Below are positions 7,165 to 16,234 of a stretch of 27,103 nucleotides of DNA, piece by piece. Made by a program: the position numbers and the translations under genes. Origin of the DNA: Candidatus Firestoneibacteriota bacterium (GTDB lineage: Bacteria > Oederibacteriota > D2-FULL-39-29 > JBBTED01). The DNA is taken from NCBI GenBank assembly GCA_038042445.1, contig JBBTED010000074.1:1-27103 (forward strand). Direction: 5' to 3'. The notes below the pieces were generated by a model. That model made no database searches. It was not told the origin of the DNA and saw nothing but the letters and a program-made list of their open reading frames with translations. Position 1 is the stretch's first letter. Every line of letters starts with the position of its first letter.

Positions 7165-8159
7165 CCTTTTTTAAACGCCTTATCAACAGCTTCCAAAACA
7201 TCAGTTACTGTTATTTCTTCTAAGCATTCCAAAGTATTACATTTTACTTTATTACAAGGCTGACAAGATAAACCTTTCCAAACAATATGATGTCTTGAAT
7301 CATCAGGTGGATTCCATGCTTTAGGATCTGTAGCACCGTATATTGTTACTGTTGGAACATCTAAAGCAACAGCAATATGTTTAGGAGAAGAATCATTTGT
7401 AATTAGTAAATCCAATTTTTGAATTATACCCATAAGTTGCCGTATATTTGTAGGTGGAATAATAATACTTATACCTTTTGTTGAATTTAAAATATCTTTA
7501 GCTAATTTTTCTTCACCTGGACCCCACAAAATAAAAATCTTTGCATTATATTTTTGAACTATACTCTGTATTAAAGAAATATAGTTCTCTTTTTTCCATA
7601 CTTTTGTAGCCCAGCTACTTGCAGGATTTACACCAATAAATAAATCTTTTTTTTCATTGGTATATTGGGAGAAAAACTTACTCGCGAAATCTTTCTCGTA
7701 TTGATTTAATTTTAGGACTAAATCAATGTTTACCGTATCAATTCCAAGTGTTTTAATTATATCTATATTTGGACAAACTGCATATTCAATCTTTTCAGAA
7801 CCTTTGACCTTAATATTATAACAAAACCTGCGAACTCTAATATTGTGTCCTATTCTTTTTTTAGCACCACTTATCAAAGTTAGAATTGCACTTCTAGGAT
7901 TACCAAATAAATCTATAGCTATGTCAAATTTTTTATCTTTTATAGATTTCAAAAATTTAATTTTCTCATATAAATTCAAATTTTTATCTAATGTTATTAT
8001 CTCATCAATATACGGATTTTCTTTTAATACTTCAGTACCGGGTTTCTCTGTTAATACTGAAATAAAACTATCAGGATATTTATTTTTAACAGATTTTATT
8101 GCAGGTGTAGAAAGCAAAACATCCCCTATACCGCGTAATTTGATTATTAGAATTTTCAT
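7161..8159 (-). CDS. Glycosyltransferase family 9 (WaaF-like heptosyltransferase)
   Basis: IKLRGIGDVLLSTP, NDSSPKHIAVAL, C-terminal CQPC..C...C. Confidence 0.92.
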   Translation of the reverse strand: MKILIIKLRGIGDVLLSTPAIKSVKNKYPDSFISVLTEKPGTEVLKENPYIDEIITLDKNLNLYEKIKFLKSIKDKKFDIAIDLFGNPRSAILTLISGAKKRIGHNIRVRRFCYNIKVKGSEKIEYAVCPNIDIIKTLGIDTVNIDLVLKLNQYEKDFASKFFSQYTNEKKDLFIGVNPASSWATKVWKKENYISLIQSIVQKYNAKIFILWGPGEEKLAKDILNSTKGISIIIPPTNIRQLMGIIQKLDLLITNDSSPKHIAVALDVPTVTIYGATDPKAWNPPDDSRHHIVWKGLSCQPCNKVKCNTLECLEEITVTDVLEAVDKAFKKG

Positions 8160-8177
8160 ATAAAAATATCATTAAAT

Positions 8178-8235
8178 TGTCATGCCGAACTTGTTTCGGC
8201 ATCTAATTAGACCCTGAAACAAGTTCAGGGTGACA
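8178..8235. repeat. GTCA-type short palindromic doublet, copy 1
   Basis: TGTCATGCCGAACTTGTTTCGGCATCT ... AGACCCTGAAACAAGTTCAGGGTGACA; the second half is identical to 17155-17181. Confidence 0.85.
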
Positions 8236-8238
8236 TTT

Positions 8239-9261
8239 TTATTTTCCTTTCAACATTTTCTCTACTGCTAACAATACATCATCAACAGAAATAGCTTTCA
8301 TACAATCTTGCTTTTCGCAAACATCCAAATTACAAGGCCAGCAGGACACTTGTTTTTTAAATGCAATATGTTTAGATTTATCATACGGAAACCATATATC
8401 TGGTTCTCCAGGACCAAATATTGCAATTGTTGGAACATTCAAAGCAACTGAAATATGCATAGGACCTGCATCATTTGTTATAAACAAATTACATCTTTCA
8501 ATTACTGATGATAAATATTTTATATCAAGATTATTCACACAAACTATCTTTTTCTTCATAAGATTAGAAATTTCATTGGCAATTCCTTTTTCTTTCGGGC
8601 CTTCAAAAATAATTATTTCTGAATTATATTTGTCCACAAGTATATCAGCAAGTAATGCAAATTTTTCTTTTAACCAACGCTTAGCTTGCCATGTTGCTCC
8701 TGGATTTATACCAATTATTTTTTTATTAATATCTATCTTTGACTCTGCAAGAAAATCTTTTGCATTTTTTTTCTCTTCATCAGACAAATATATAGTAGTA
8801 TTACAACAATTAGTATCCAGATTAGCATCAATTGCATTCAAAACATTTAAATATACATCTATTGCTGTATTTCTACTTCCTGAATCTTTAACAACAATAT
8901 TGTAAAAATTTCTGCGAACAGGAAAATTAAATCCTACTCTATATTTCGCATTAGTTAAATACGCCAGTATCGCACTTCTGGGATTACCAAATAAATCTAT
9001 AACAGCATCAAATTTTTTATCCCGCAGAGTATTTATAACTTTTAACATCTGAAATAAGTTTGCATTTCGCGGAATTTGGATTAATTCATTTAATAACGGA
9101 TTACCACTTAAAACTTGACCATACCCTTCTTCAAATAAGTATGCTATGTGAGAATCAGGATAATTTTTTCGTAAATTAGCAATAAAAGGTGTAGTTAATA
9201 CAATATCACCAATAAATCGTAAACGTATTATTAAAATTTTTTTGGCGGATGTAATTTTCAC
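8239..9261 (-). CDS. Glycosyltransferase family 9 (WaaF-like heptosyltransferase II)
   Basis: IRLRFIGDIVLTTP, NPGATWQAKRW, NDAGPMHISVAL, CWPC..C...C; GTG start. Confidence 0.92.
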   Translation of the reverse strand: MKITSAKKILIIRLRFIGDIVLTTPFIANLRKNYPDSHIAYLFEEGYGQVLSGNPLLNELIQIPRNANLFQMLKVINTLRDKKFDAVIDLFGNPRSAILAYLTNAKYRVGFNFPVRRNFYNIVVKDSGSRNTAIDVYLNVLNAIDANLDTNCCNTTIYLSDEEKKNAKDFLAESKIDINKKIIGINPGATWQAKRWLKEKFALLADILVDKYNSEIIIFEGPKEKGIANEISNLMKKKIVCVNNLDIKYLSSVIERCNLFITNDAGPMHISVALNVPTIAIFGPGEPDIWFPYDKSKHIAFKKQVSCWPCNLDVCEKQDCMKAISVDDVLLAVEKMLKGK

Positions 9262-9264
9262 TTA

Positions 9265-9298
9265 AAATCCCCCTTAATCCCCCTTTTTCAAAGGGGGA
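9265..9298. repeat. C-tract palindromic intergenic element
   Basis: AAATCCCCCTTAATCCCCCTTTTTCAAAGGGGGA: duplicated ATCCCCCTT and a TCCCCCTTT/AAAGGGGGA hairpin filling the 39-bp spacer. Confidence 0.6.
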
Positions 9299-9300
9299 AA

Positions 9301-9780
9301 TCAGTGATATTTAGAAGTAATAAGTTTAATGAGATCGGTTGTAGAATGTTCTTTAGGATCTCCAACTATAGCTACTTTACCACCATACGATTTAACAGTA
9401 TCTACTTCTGGAACAGTATCTTTAGTATAATCTGTACCTTTTGCATGAAAATCAGGTTTTAACTCTAACAATATTTTATCAACTGTTGGTTGAGAAAATA
9501 TTAAAATGTAATCAATATACTCAATTTCATTTAACATTTCAGCACGATCTGTATCTTTAAGTAATGGCCTACCATTACCTTTATTTTTCCTCACAGATGC
9601 ATCACTATTTAACCCTACTATTAATATATCACCTAAAGATTTAGCAGCAGATAAATACCTTATGTGGCCTACATGCAAAACATCAAAACATCCATTTACA
9701 AATACAATTTTTTTTTCTTTAGATTTAAGTAATTTAACGATTTTTTTTAATTCGCCTAAGGTTTTAAGTTTTTTTAGCAT
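9301..9780 (-). CDS. rfaE2: D-glycero-beta-D-manno-heptose 1-phosphate adenylyltransferase (HldE domain II)
   Basis: NGCFDVLHVGH, GLNSDASV, KGTDY, STT motifs. Confidence 0.93.
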   Translation of the reverse strand: MLKKLKTLGELKKIVKLLKSKEKKIVFVNGCFDVLHVGHIRYLSAAKSLGDILIVGLNSDASVRKNKGNGRPLLKDTDRAEMLNEIEYIDYILIFSQPTVDKILLELKPDFHAKGTDYTKDTVPEVDTVKSYGGKVAIVGDPKEHSTTDLIKLITSKYH

Positions 9781-10804
9781 GTAATTTTTTAACTATGGTC
9801 TGTCTTTTTCCACCAGACCATATTATTTCTTTTAGTTCATCAGTATTTGCTGTAGCAGTTCCACGTTTCATTACAACAATTCCGCCTGCATAATTTGACA
9901 ATTTTGCGGCTTCAGAAAAAGTTAAATGAGATGCCAATGCAAGAGTAAACACAGAAGTAACAGTATCACCAGCACCAGTAACATCTGCAACTTCATCAGT
10001 CCCACATACAGGAATATGCATTATTTTACCGTTTTTCTCAAATAAACTCATCCCCAAACTCCCACGTGTTACAAGAACAGCCTGCGGATTAGTTTTATTC
10101 AAAAGCAAACGCCCTGCTTTTTCTATTTCTTTGTTATCATTATCCAAAGTTACTCCAAGTGCTTGAGCTAATTCAGATTCACTCGGAGTAAGAACTGTAG
10201 CACCACTAAATTCAAGAATATTATATCGTGAATCAACAACAACTGTTTTTTTCTTTGTTTTTGCCAAATGAAGAACCTGTTCCCTAATATTTTGTGTTAA
10301 AACACCTTGTTGGTCATAATCAGAAATTATAATTGCATCAATTTTATTGATTATCTCTTTAATTTTATTTAATAATTTTGCTTCTACAGACAAAGTAATT
10401 TTACTTTTTCTTTCTTTGTCAATTCTTATTACCTGTTGACGCGAAGTATGATGCCCTCCTGCCATTATTCTGGTTTTAACAGTTGTGCATTCGTTTTTAT
10501 CTTGGACAATACCTGACACATCAACATTATGTGATTTCAAAACATTTAATAGTTCTTTACCTTCCCTGTCATCGCCAATTACACCAATAAGATACGAAGA
10601 TGCACCTAATGCAGATATATTATTTGCACAATTACCAGCTCCACCAGGAAGAATTATTCTACGGTCGTATTTTAATATAAGTACTGGAGCTTCACGAGAA
10701 AGTCTGGAAGTTTCACCATAAATATATTCATCTGCTAAAATATCTCCTAAAATTAATATTTTTTTCCTTTTGAATTTTTTAAGTACTGATATTAATTTAT
10801 CCAT
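9764..10804 (-). CDS. rfaE1: D-glycero-beta-D-manno-heptose 7-phosphate kinase (HldE domain I, PfkB family)
   Basis: RLSREAPV, GGAGN, KTRI, SDY, DVTGAGDT, K-GTA motifs. Confidence 0.93.
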   Translation of the reverse strand: MDKLISVLKKFKRKKILILGDILADEYIYGETSRLSREAPVLILKYDRRIILPGGAGNCANNISALGASSYLIGVIGDDREGKELLNVLKSHNVDVSGIVQDKNECTTVKTRIMAGGHHTSRQQVIRIDKERKSKITLSVEAKLLNKIKEIINKIDAIIISDYDQQGVLTQNIREQVLHLAKTKKKTVVVDSRYNILEFSGATVLTPSESELAQALGVTLDNDNKEIEKAGRLLLNKTNPQAVLVTRGSLGMSLFEKNGKIMHIPVCGTDEVADVTGAGDTVTSVFTLALASHLTFSEAAKLSNYAGGIVVMKRGTATANTDELKEIIWSGGKRQTIVKKLHAKKT

Positions 10805-11369
10805 TATTTTTTTCTATGTCTTTTAAAATCCATTTAACTGTCTGATACAAATCATTTGCAATATAATCAGGCTTTGTGGTTAAAACTTTCCTCTCATCTT
10901 TCCCATAACCTGTTAATACTAAAATTGACTTCGCCTTTGCATTTTTTCCAAATTCAACATCACTTGCTTTATCACCAACTATATAACACTTCTTTGGACT
11001 AAGCTTAAAATTTTTTACTCCTTTATTAAACATTCCAAGTTTAGGTTTTCTGCATAGACACTTAAAATCAGGAAAATGAGCACAGTAATATATTGCATCC
11101 ACATAAGCATTTTCTTTTGCAAGGAGTTTTATTAATTTATTATGAATTTTTTCTAAGGTTTCTTTTGTAAAATAACCTCTACTTATTCCAGATTGATTTG
11201 TTGTAACAATAACAGGGATATTTTTGTCATTTAATAACTTAATTGCCTTCGCAGATTTTGGTATAAGCCTAAGCTGTTTTGGAGAGTTTAAATATCCTAC
11301 TTCAACATCAATTGTGCCATCTCTGTCAAGGAAAACACCTACCTTTTTATATGGAGAAGATTCAACCAT
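10797..11369 (-). CDS. gmhB: D-glycero-D-manno-heptose 1,7-bisphosphate phosphatase (HAD)
   Basis: FLDRDGT, TNQSGI-RG, C-x-H...C-x-CRKP, GDK-SD motifs. Confidence 0.93.
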   Translation of the reverse strand: MVESSPYKKVGVFLDRDGTIDVEVGYLNSPKQLRLIPKSAKAIKLLNDKNIPVIVTTNQSGISRGYFTKETLEKIHNKLIKLLAKENAYVDAIYYCAHFPDFKCLCRKPKLGMFNKGVKNFKLSPKKCYIVGDKASDVEFGKNAKAKSILVLTGYGKDERKVLTTKPDYIANDLYQTVKWILKDIEKNNG

Positions 11370-11634
11370 AACGATAGGTTACTCCAAATCCTCCTCTGGG
11401 ATAACGCCAATCAATATTTGAATAAAGACATCCTATCCTGCAGGAACCACATTCCAAACACCCTTCATAAGCAACAGAAATCTTATCTGCTTCCTCTTTA
11501 TAAACTAAAGCCGGGCAAAATTTGGTACAAGGCTTAGTTTCACATTTTTTACAGGTATCCTGTGAAACTATCACAAGATGTGATTTTTCATCTTTCTTAA
11601 ATTTTACCAAAAAAAGCTTATCATCAAGTGTCAT
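11362..11634 (-). CDS. FixX-like 4Fe-4S ferredoxin
   Basis: SHL, CxxC...C...CPA-VY, YEGCLECGSCRIGC, WRYPRGGFGVTYRYG, all characteristic of FixX/YdiT. Confidence 0.88.
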   Translation of the reverse strand: MTLDDKLFLVKFKKDEKSHLVIVSQDTCKKCETKPCTKFCPALVYKEEADKISVAYEGCLECGSCRIGCLYSNIDWRYPRGGFGVTYRYG

Positions 11635-11679
11635 ATAATTTTTTATTTATAGTCTGCATTTTTGCGCCAGACTACGAAT

Positions 11680-11708
11680 AGTTTATACTATAAGATATTT
11701 CATTTCAA
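11680..11708 (-). promoter_or_regulatory. Sigma70-type promoter for the ferredoxin/heptose operon
   Basis: TTGAAA, 17 bp, TAAACT; followed by leader hairpin TAGTCTG-N11-CAGACTA (11650-11674). Confidence 0.5.
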
Positions 11709-11811
11709 GAGAAAAATCAATATATGCTATATATTTAAACATTTCACTATCAAAACAAACAGTATCTTCTCCCAATTCACCCGGTTTAGATTTTGTATAT
11801 GTATTTATAAA

Positions 11812-12675
11812 TTATTTCAATTTACCGGTTTTTTCAAGAAAATTAATTCTCCATAAGGCAAGTTGGACAAATTCTTTTACCCCAGAGTCACTATCATTTA
11901 GAGCATTTTTAAGTGCAGGAATAGCACTTTTAGAATAGGCCGCAACATCTAAATCACAAAATGTCTGTGATGCATATAATCTATCATCAACAATAGGACT
12001 TTTTAAAGCCTGAATCATAAATTCAACAGTTTCCTTCGGATTTTCTGATGACAGATTATTAATATATTCAGTATCCCCAACATATTTAGGCATTGCATTA
12101 GCTTTTTCAGAAAGCTCTTTAGCTTCATTAAGAATTTGATTTAAGCTTTTACCTTGATAAAAAGGTGCATCTAACTCACCACGACTTCGTGCACCTGCTA
12201 TAATTTTTCCAATATTAGGACCTACAAATCCATCTTTTGCTTCTTCAAGAATCTGTTTAAAACTAACACCATCACTATAAATCCTATCTAATTCTCCTGA
12301 CTTGTCAAGTTCTGCAAGCATACTTTTAAGTACTTCTGAAGTAGTAACAGGGTCTGTAAATTTTAAATCTTTTATATCCTCAAGAAGTTGTCTATACGTA
12401 ACTCCATTGCCATAAACTTTATCCAAAACTGGTGATTTCTCTAATTTCGGAAATATGTTTTTCACTACTTCTAATACAGCAATAGGATCTACAACTTCTC
12501 CTTTTGCTATTTTTTGTGATATTTCTTTTTGAATATCTTTACCGTGTGACGATATTTTCTTGGTACGTGTATTTTTATATATAACAAATGATGTAATTAA
12601 AGATACTATCATCAAACATCTAAATAAAAATTTTAATACCTCTTTAGAAATATTATTTCGAATCATATTTTTCAT
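11812..12675 (-). CDS. Hypothetical membrane-anchored protein with three internal repeats and a C-terminal HEAT-like repeat
   Basis: N-terminal hydrophobic helix; LDxxYxxGxxxxQILEEAKD-like repeat x3; AIPALKNALNDSDSGVKEFVQLALWRI is HEAT/PBS-lyase-like. Confidence 0.7.
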   Translation of the reverse strand: MKNMIRNNISKEVLKFLFRCLMIVSLITSFVIYKNTRTKKISSHGKDIQKEISQKIAKGEVVDPIAVLEVVKNIFPKLEKSPVLDKVYGNGVTYRQLLEDIKDLKFTDPVTTSEVLKSMLAELDKSGELDRIYSDGVSFKQILEEAKDGFVGPNIGKIIAGARSRGELDAPFYQGKSLNQILNEAKELSEKANAMPKYVGDTEYINNLSSENPKETVEFMIQALKSPIVDDRLYASQTFCDLDVAAYSKSAIPALKNALNDSDSGVKEFVQLALWRINFLEKTGKLK

Positions 12676-13423
12676 TACTTTTCAAACTGAGTATACCAAG
12701 ACTACAAAAAACCCAAAGAATCAAATATGACCAATGCCCGCCATAAAAAAGATACGGAAGTATCAGCAATCCCACAAGAAGAACTTTAGTCATATCATAA
12801 CTCTCATACAAATGATTAAACAACGTTATAAACCATATTATTCTATTTGAAAAGAAATTGTGCCCGCAATTCTCACACACATAATTGTGGTGAAATTCTA
12901 TTGATTCACAAACAGGACATGCATGCAACAAATTAAAATTAGTGATTTTAAAATCCGGATTTACCTTAAAATTTCGTTCTAAAAAATTTATTTTACCTTG
13001 AACTTCTTTATCAGCATATATGGAATATGATTTTTTAAGATATGTTAATACCAATTGAATTTCTCCTATTTGTTCATAAATTTCACTAATAGCTATTGCC
13101 GGCACAGGATTATCAGATATTCTGTTTAAAGCCTTTTTGTAAGTTACCATTTTATCTGCTAATTCCTGTCTTAATATTTTTGTTTTGGATTTTTCCGGTA
13201 TTGCCAAATATATGAGTAATATAAAAAATACGAAAACAACTATCACCACTCCAGCAACGTTACGGGCTACAAAAAAAAATAACTGGACTGGCATAAAACA
13301 AATAACCAAAATCATTTGTGATAAACTAATCTGCTGGTATCCTTTTGATATAATATTGGCAAATACCAATAAAACTGATATGACTAATAGTAACAGATAA
13401 AAACCCCAGAAAAATGCAACCAT
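12653..13423 (-). CDS. Hypothetical multi-pass membrane protein with TPR-like helix pair and zinc ribbon
   Basis: About three N-terminal TM segments, TPR-like AIAISEIYEQIGEIQLVLTYLKKSY, CPVC-x10-CENC, and C-terminal TM segments. Confidence 0.7.
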   Translation of the reverse strand: MVAFFWGFYLLLLVISVLLVFANIISKGYQQISLSQMILVICFMPVQLFFFVARNVAGVVIVVFVFFILLIYLAIPEKSKTKILRQELADKMVTYKKALNRISDNPVPAIAISEIYEQIGEIQLVLTYLKKSYSIYADKEVQGKINFLERNFKVNPDFKITNFNLLHACPVCESIEFHHNYVCENCGHNFFSNRIIWFITLFNHLYESYDMTKVLLVGLLILPYLFYGGHWSYLILWVFCSLGILSLKSNEKYDSK

Positions 13424-13432
13424 AAAAAATGT

Positions 13433-14431
13433 TTAATGATTAAATACCCAACGAAAAAATGTTGATAGTATACCAAACATTATCATTACATAAATAGTAG
13501 GAATACCAAAAATCTTTCCTCCAAATACCCATCCAAAAAATGGAACTGACCGTTTTGTTACACGAAATGAATTTACCGTATCATTAAAAACCGTATTCAA
13601 ATCATTAAACAAATTTTGATCAGACATACAAGTTATTACATAAAATTTATCGACACCAGGAACAATTGTCTGTATAAACTTCAATTCGTATGTTTCATAA
13701 CTACCTGGTGTAAATGTTGTCATTCCCCAGGAATTGGTTGTATAAATTGGTTGTGATATTGTAAATTGCATTTTAGCATTAGCTATAATTTTCAAGGATT
13801 TTAGTTTATCCACTTCAATTATTTCAGATGAATCTACGTTATAATCCTGAAACACACCTCCTGATTCTAATGTAAAACTAGATGTAATATATTTAACAAC
13901 CTCGTCTTTATTTTTTTCATTAAATTTAGGTGTTCCGGATTTAGAAACTACAACATTAATTTGCCCACCCTGCATAGACTCGGATATTTTGATTAAATGA
14001 ACTGCAGCTTTTGATTGTGATATAAGATTCATAAGATTTTGCGGAATTTGATCTTTGTATTGTTGAATCATTGATGTAAAGTTTTCGGAATTCATAATAA
14101 TCCATCCACTTGAAGGGCAGGATATTGCAAAATTATTTTTATCGTCCCGATATGCACCTTCAGGAATTGGCAAACCTTTCCATTTTACAAACACCCAAAC
14201 ACCAAAACCCACAAGCAACAAAAGAACAATAATACCAAGAAGAGGTTTGGGTTTTTTTGTGGGTTCAGATTCAGTAGTTGAAGTAATTGAAGTAGTTGAT
14301 GAAATTGATTTTACATCTTCAGCTAACTGTTTTTTTACCTGTCTTTCTTCCCACTTTGAAAAAATTAGCTGACATCTCTGGCATTCTAAAGTTTTATCTT
14401 CTTGTTCAAATCCACAACCTGGACATTTCAC
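13433..14431 (-). CDS. Hypothetical zinc-ribbon membrane protein with PsbP/DcrB-like domain
   Basis: CPGC-x10-CQRC...IFSK at the N-terminus, S/T linker, TM helix, Y-x-D...F-x-I-x-x-P-x-x-GW and FNDTVNSF ends typical of the Mog1p/PsbP fold, C-terminal TM; GTG start with AAGGAG SD. Confidence 0.7.
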   Translation of the reverse strand: MKCPGCGFEQEDKTLECQRCQLIFSKWEERQVKKQLAEDVKSISSTTSITSTTESEPTKKPKPLLGIIVLLLLVGFGVWVFVKWKGLPIPEGAYRDDKNNFAISCPSSGWIIMNSENFTSMIQQYKDQIPQNLMNLISQSKAAVHLIKISESMQGGQINVVVSKSGTPKFNEKNKDEVVKYITSSFTLESGGVFQDYNVDSSEIIEVDKLKSLKIIANAKMQFTISQPIYTTNSWGMTTFTPGSYETYELKFIQTIVPGVDKFYVITCMSDQNLFNDLNTVFNDTVNSFRVTKRSVPFFGWVFGGKIFGIPTIYVMIMFGILSTFFRWVFNH

Positions 14432-14459
14432 ACTTTATCATCTCCTTAAGACAATAATT

Positions 14460-15221
14460 TCATACAATTTGTTTGATGAAATTTATATTGCGCATTAATG
14501 CTTCACCTACTAATATTGCATTCAAATTAAATTTTTTCAAATAATCAATATCAAATTTTGTGTGTATTCCACTTTCACTTACAACTAAAATTTCTTTTGG
14601 AATAAATTTTCGCAAATATGCTGTTGTTTTAATATCAACTTTGAAAGTTACAAGATTTCTGTTGTTAATCCCTATTATCTGTGCTCCACAATCAAGTGCA
14701 ATATTTATTTCGCTTTTATTATGAACTTCTACAATTGGAGTAAGTTTTAATGAAGTAGCAATTTTCAAAAATTTCTTAAGTTTAATTTTATCCAGTATTG
14801 AAACAATTAGCAATATTGCATCTGCACCACATAACCGCGATTCATAAATCTGCAATTCGTCTATAATAAAATCCTTTCGTAAAATAGGTATATTTGTTTT
14901 GTTTTTTGCCTTAGACAAATATGAAATACTACCACCAAAAAACTTTTTATCAGTTAAAACTGAAATTGCTGATGCACCATTTAATTCATACATTTTTGAA
15001 ATTTTAACAAGATTAAAATTTCTGGAAATAATTCCCGCACTTGGAGATTTTTTCTTGACTTCTGCAATTAAATTGAAATATGACTTAGAAATTGCAGATT
15101 TAAAATTTCTTGGGGTTGACAAATCTTTTATTTTTTTTATTGCATATAAAATAGACAACTTAGAATAAAGCTGTTTGACTTCTATATGCTTACAACGAAC
15201 TATTTCATTCAATACATTCAT
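14460..15221 (-). CDS. trpC: Indole-3-glycerol phosphate synthase
   Basis: IAEVKKKSPSAG, SVLTD, LRKDFI, GINNRNL, SESGI, LVGEALM. Confidence 0.96.
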   Translation of the reverse strand: MNVLNEIVRCKHIEVKQLYSKLSILYAIKKIKDLSTPRNFKSAISKSYFNLIAEVKKKSPSAGIISRNFNLVKISKMYELNGASAISVLTDKKFFGGSISYLSKAKNKTNIPILRKDFIIDELQIYESRLCGADAILLIVSILDKIKLKKFLKIATSLKLTPIVEVHNKSEINIALDCGAQIIGINNRNLVTFKVDIKTTAYLRKFIPKEILVVSESGIHTKFDIDYLKKFNLNAILVGEALMRNINFIKQIV

Positions 15222-16234
15222 TTTGCATTTTGTGTAAAATCCTTGAATTCATTAAATTTTTTAAGAGCATCTCCTGAATCAATTGATTTTTCTGCTAATT
15301 TTGCGCCTTCAAATATATCCTTAGATGCACCACCTGCTGCAATAGCTGCACCTGCATTCATCAACACAATATCACGACAAGGTCCTTTTTCTCCATTTAG
15401 AACTTTCAAGAATATTTTTGTATTTTCTTCCATAGAATCACTTTTTATTTCTTCTAATTTTGCAGGTTTAAATCCAAAATCTTCAGGTTGAACATAAAAC
15501 TCATGCTTTTTACAATCCTTCCATTCAGATATTTTGGTATCGCCTGTTATTGTAATTTCATCTAATCCATCAGTTCCATGAACTGCAAAAACATGTGTGC
15601 TACCTAAACTCCCAAGCACACAAGCCACAATTTCAGTCAAATTGTAAGCATATACTCCAACTACCTGTGCTTGCGCATTTGCCGGATTTGTAAGAGGTCC
15701 TAAAATATTAAATATAGTACGTATGCCAATATCCCGTCTTGGCTCAGCCGCATACTTCATTGCAGGATGAAGAATTGGAGCAAATAAAAAACCTATCCCT
15801 ATTTTATTCAAACATTCTTCTACCTTTTCTGGCGACATTTCAATATTAACTCCAAGAGACTTCAATAAATCAGCACTTCCACAATGGCTTGATACTGCCC
15901 GATTTCCATGTTTTGCAACAGGGACACCTGCTCCAGCAGCTACAAATGCAGCAGTAGTTGAAATATTAAATGTATTGGCTCTGTCACCACCTGTTCCACA
16001 GGTATCAACAAGTATTTTATGTATTGAATTTATTTTCACAGATTTACTTCTCATACTCTGAACACATCCGATAACTTCATCTATAGTTTCACCTTTAATT
16101 CGCAATGCAATAATAAAAGCAGCAATCTGTGATGAAGTTGCTTTCCCATCCATAATTTCATCCATCACTAACTTAGCTTCATCTATTGAAATATCTTTCT
16201 TGTCAACAATTTTTGCAATTGCCTCTTTAATCAT
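15218..16234 (-). CDS. trpD: Anthranilate phosphoribosyltransferase
   Basis: DTCGTGGD, FNIST, KHGNRAVSS, GSAD, RTIFNILGPLTNP, GLDE. Confidence 0.97.
   Translation of the reverse strand: MIKEAIAKIVDKKDISIDEAKLVMDEIMDGKATSSQIAAFIIALRIKGETIDEVIGCVQSMRSKSVKINSIHKILVDTCGTGGDRANTFNISTTAAFVAAGAGVPVAKHGNRAVSSHCGSADLLKSLGVNIEMSPEKVEECLNKIGIGFLFAPILHPAMKYAAEPRRDIGIRTIFNILGPLTNPANAQAQVVGVYAYNLTEIVACVLGSLGSTHVFAVHGTDGLDEITITGDTKISEWKDCKKHEFYVQPEDFGFKPAKLEEIKSDSMEENTKIFLKVLNGEKGPCRDIVLMNAGAAIAAGGASKDIFEGAKLAEKSIDSGDALKKFNEFKDFTQNAK

Noticed and set aside
6968..8235. Integron attC sites between the GT9 genes
   Set aside because: There is no integrase and no RYYYAAC...GTTRRRY boundaries; the spacers hold unrelated repeat classes.
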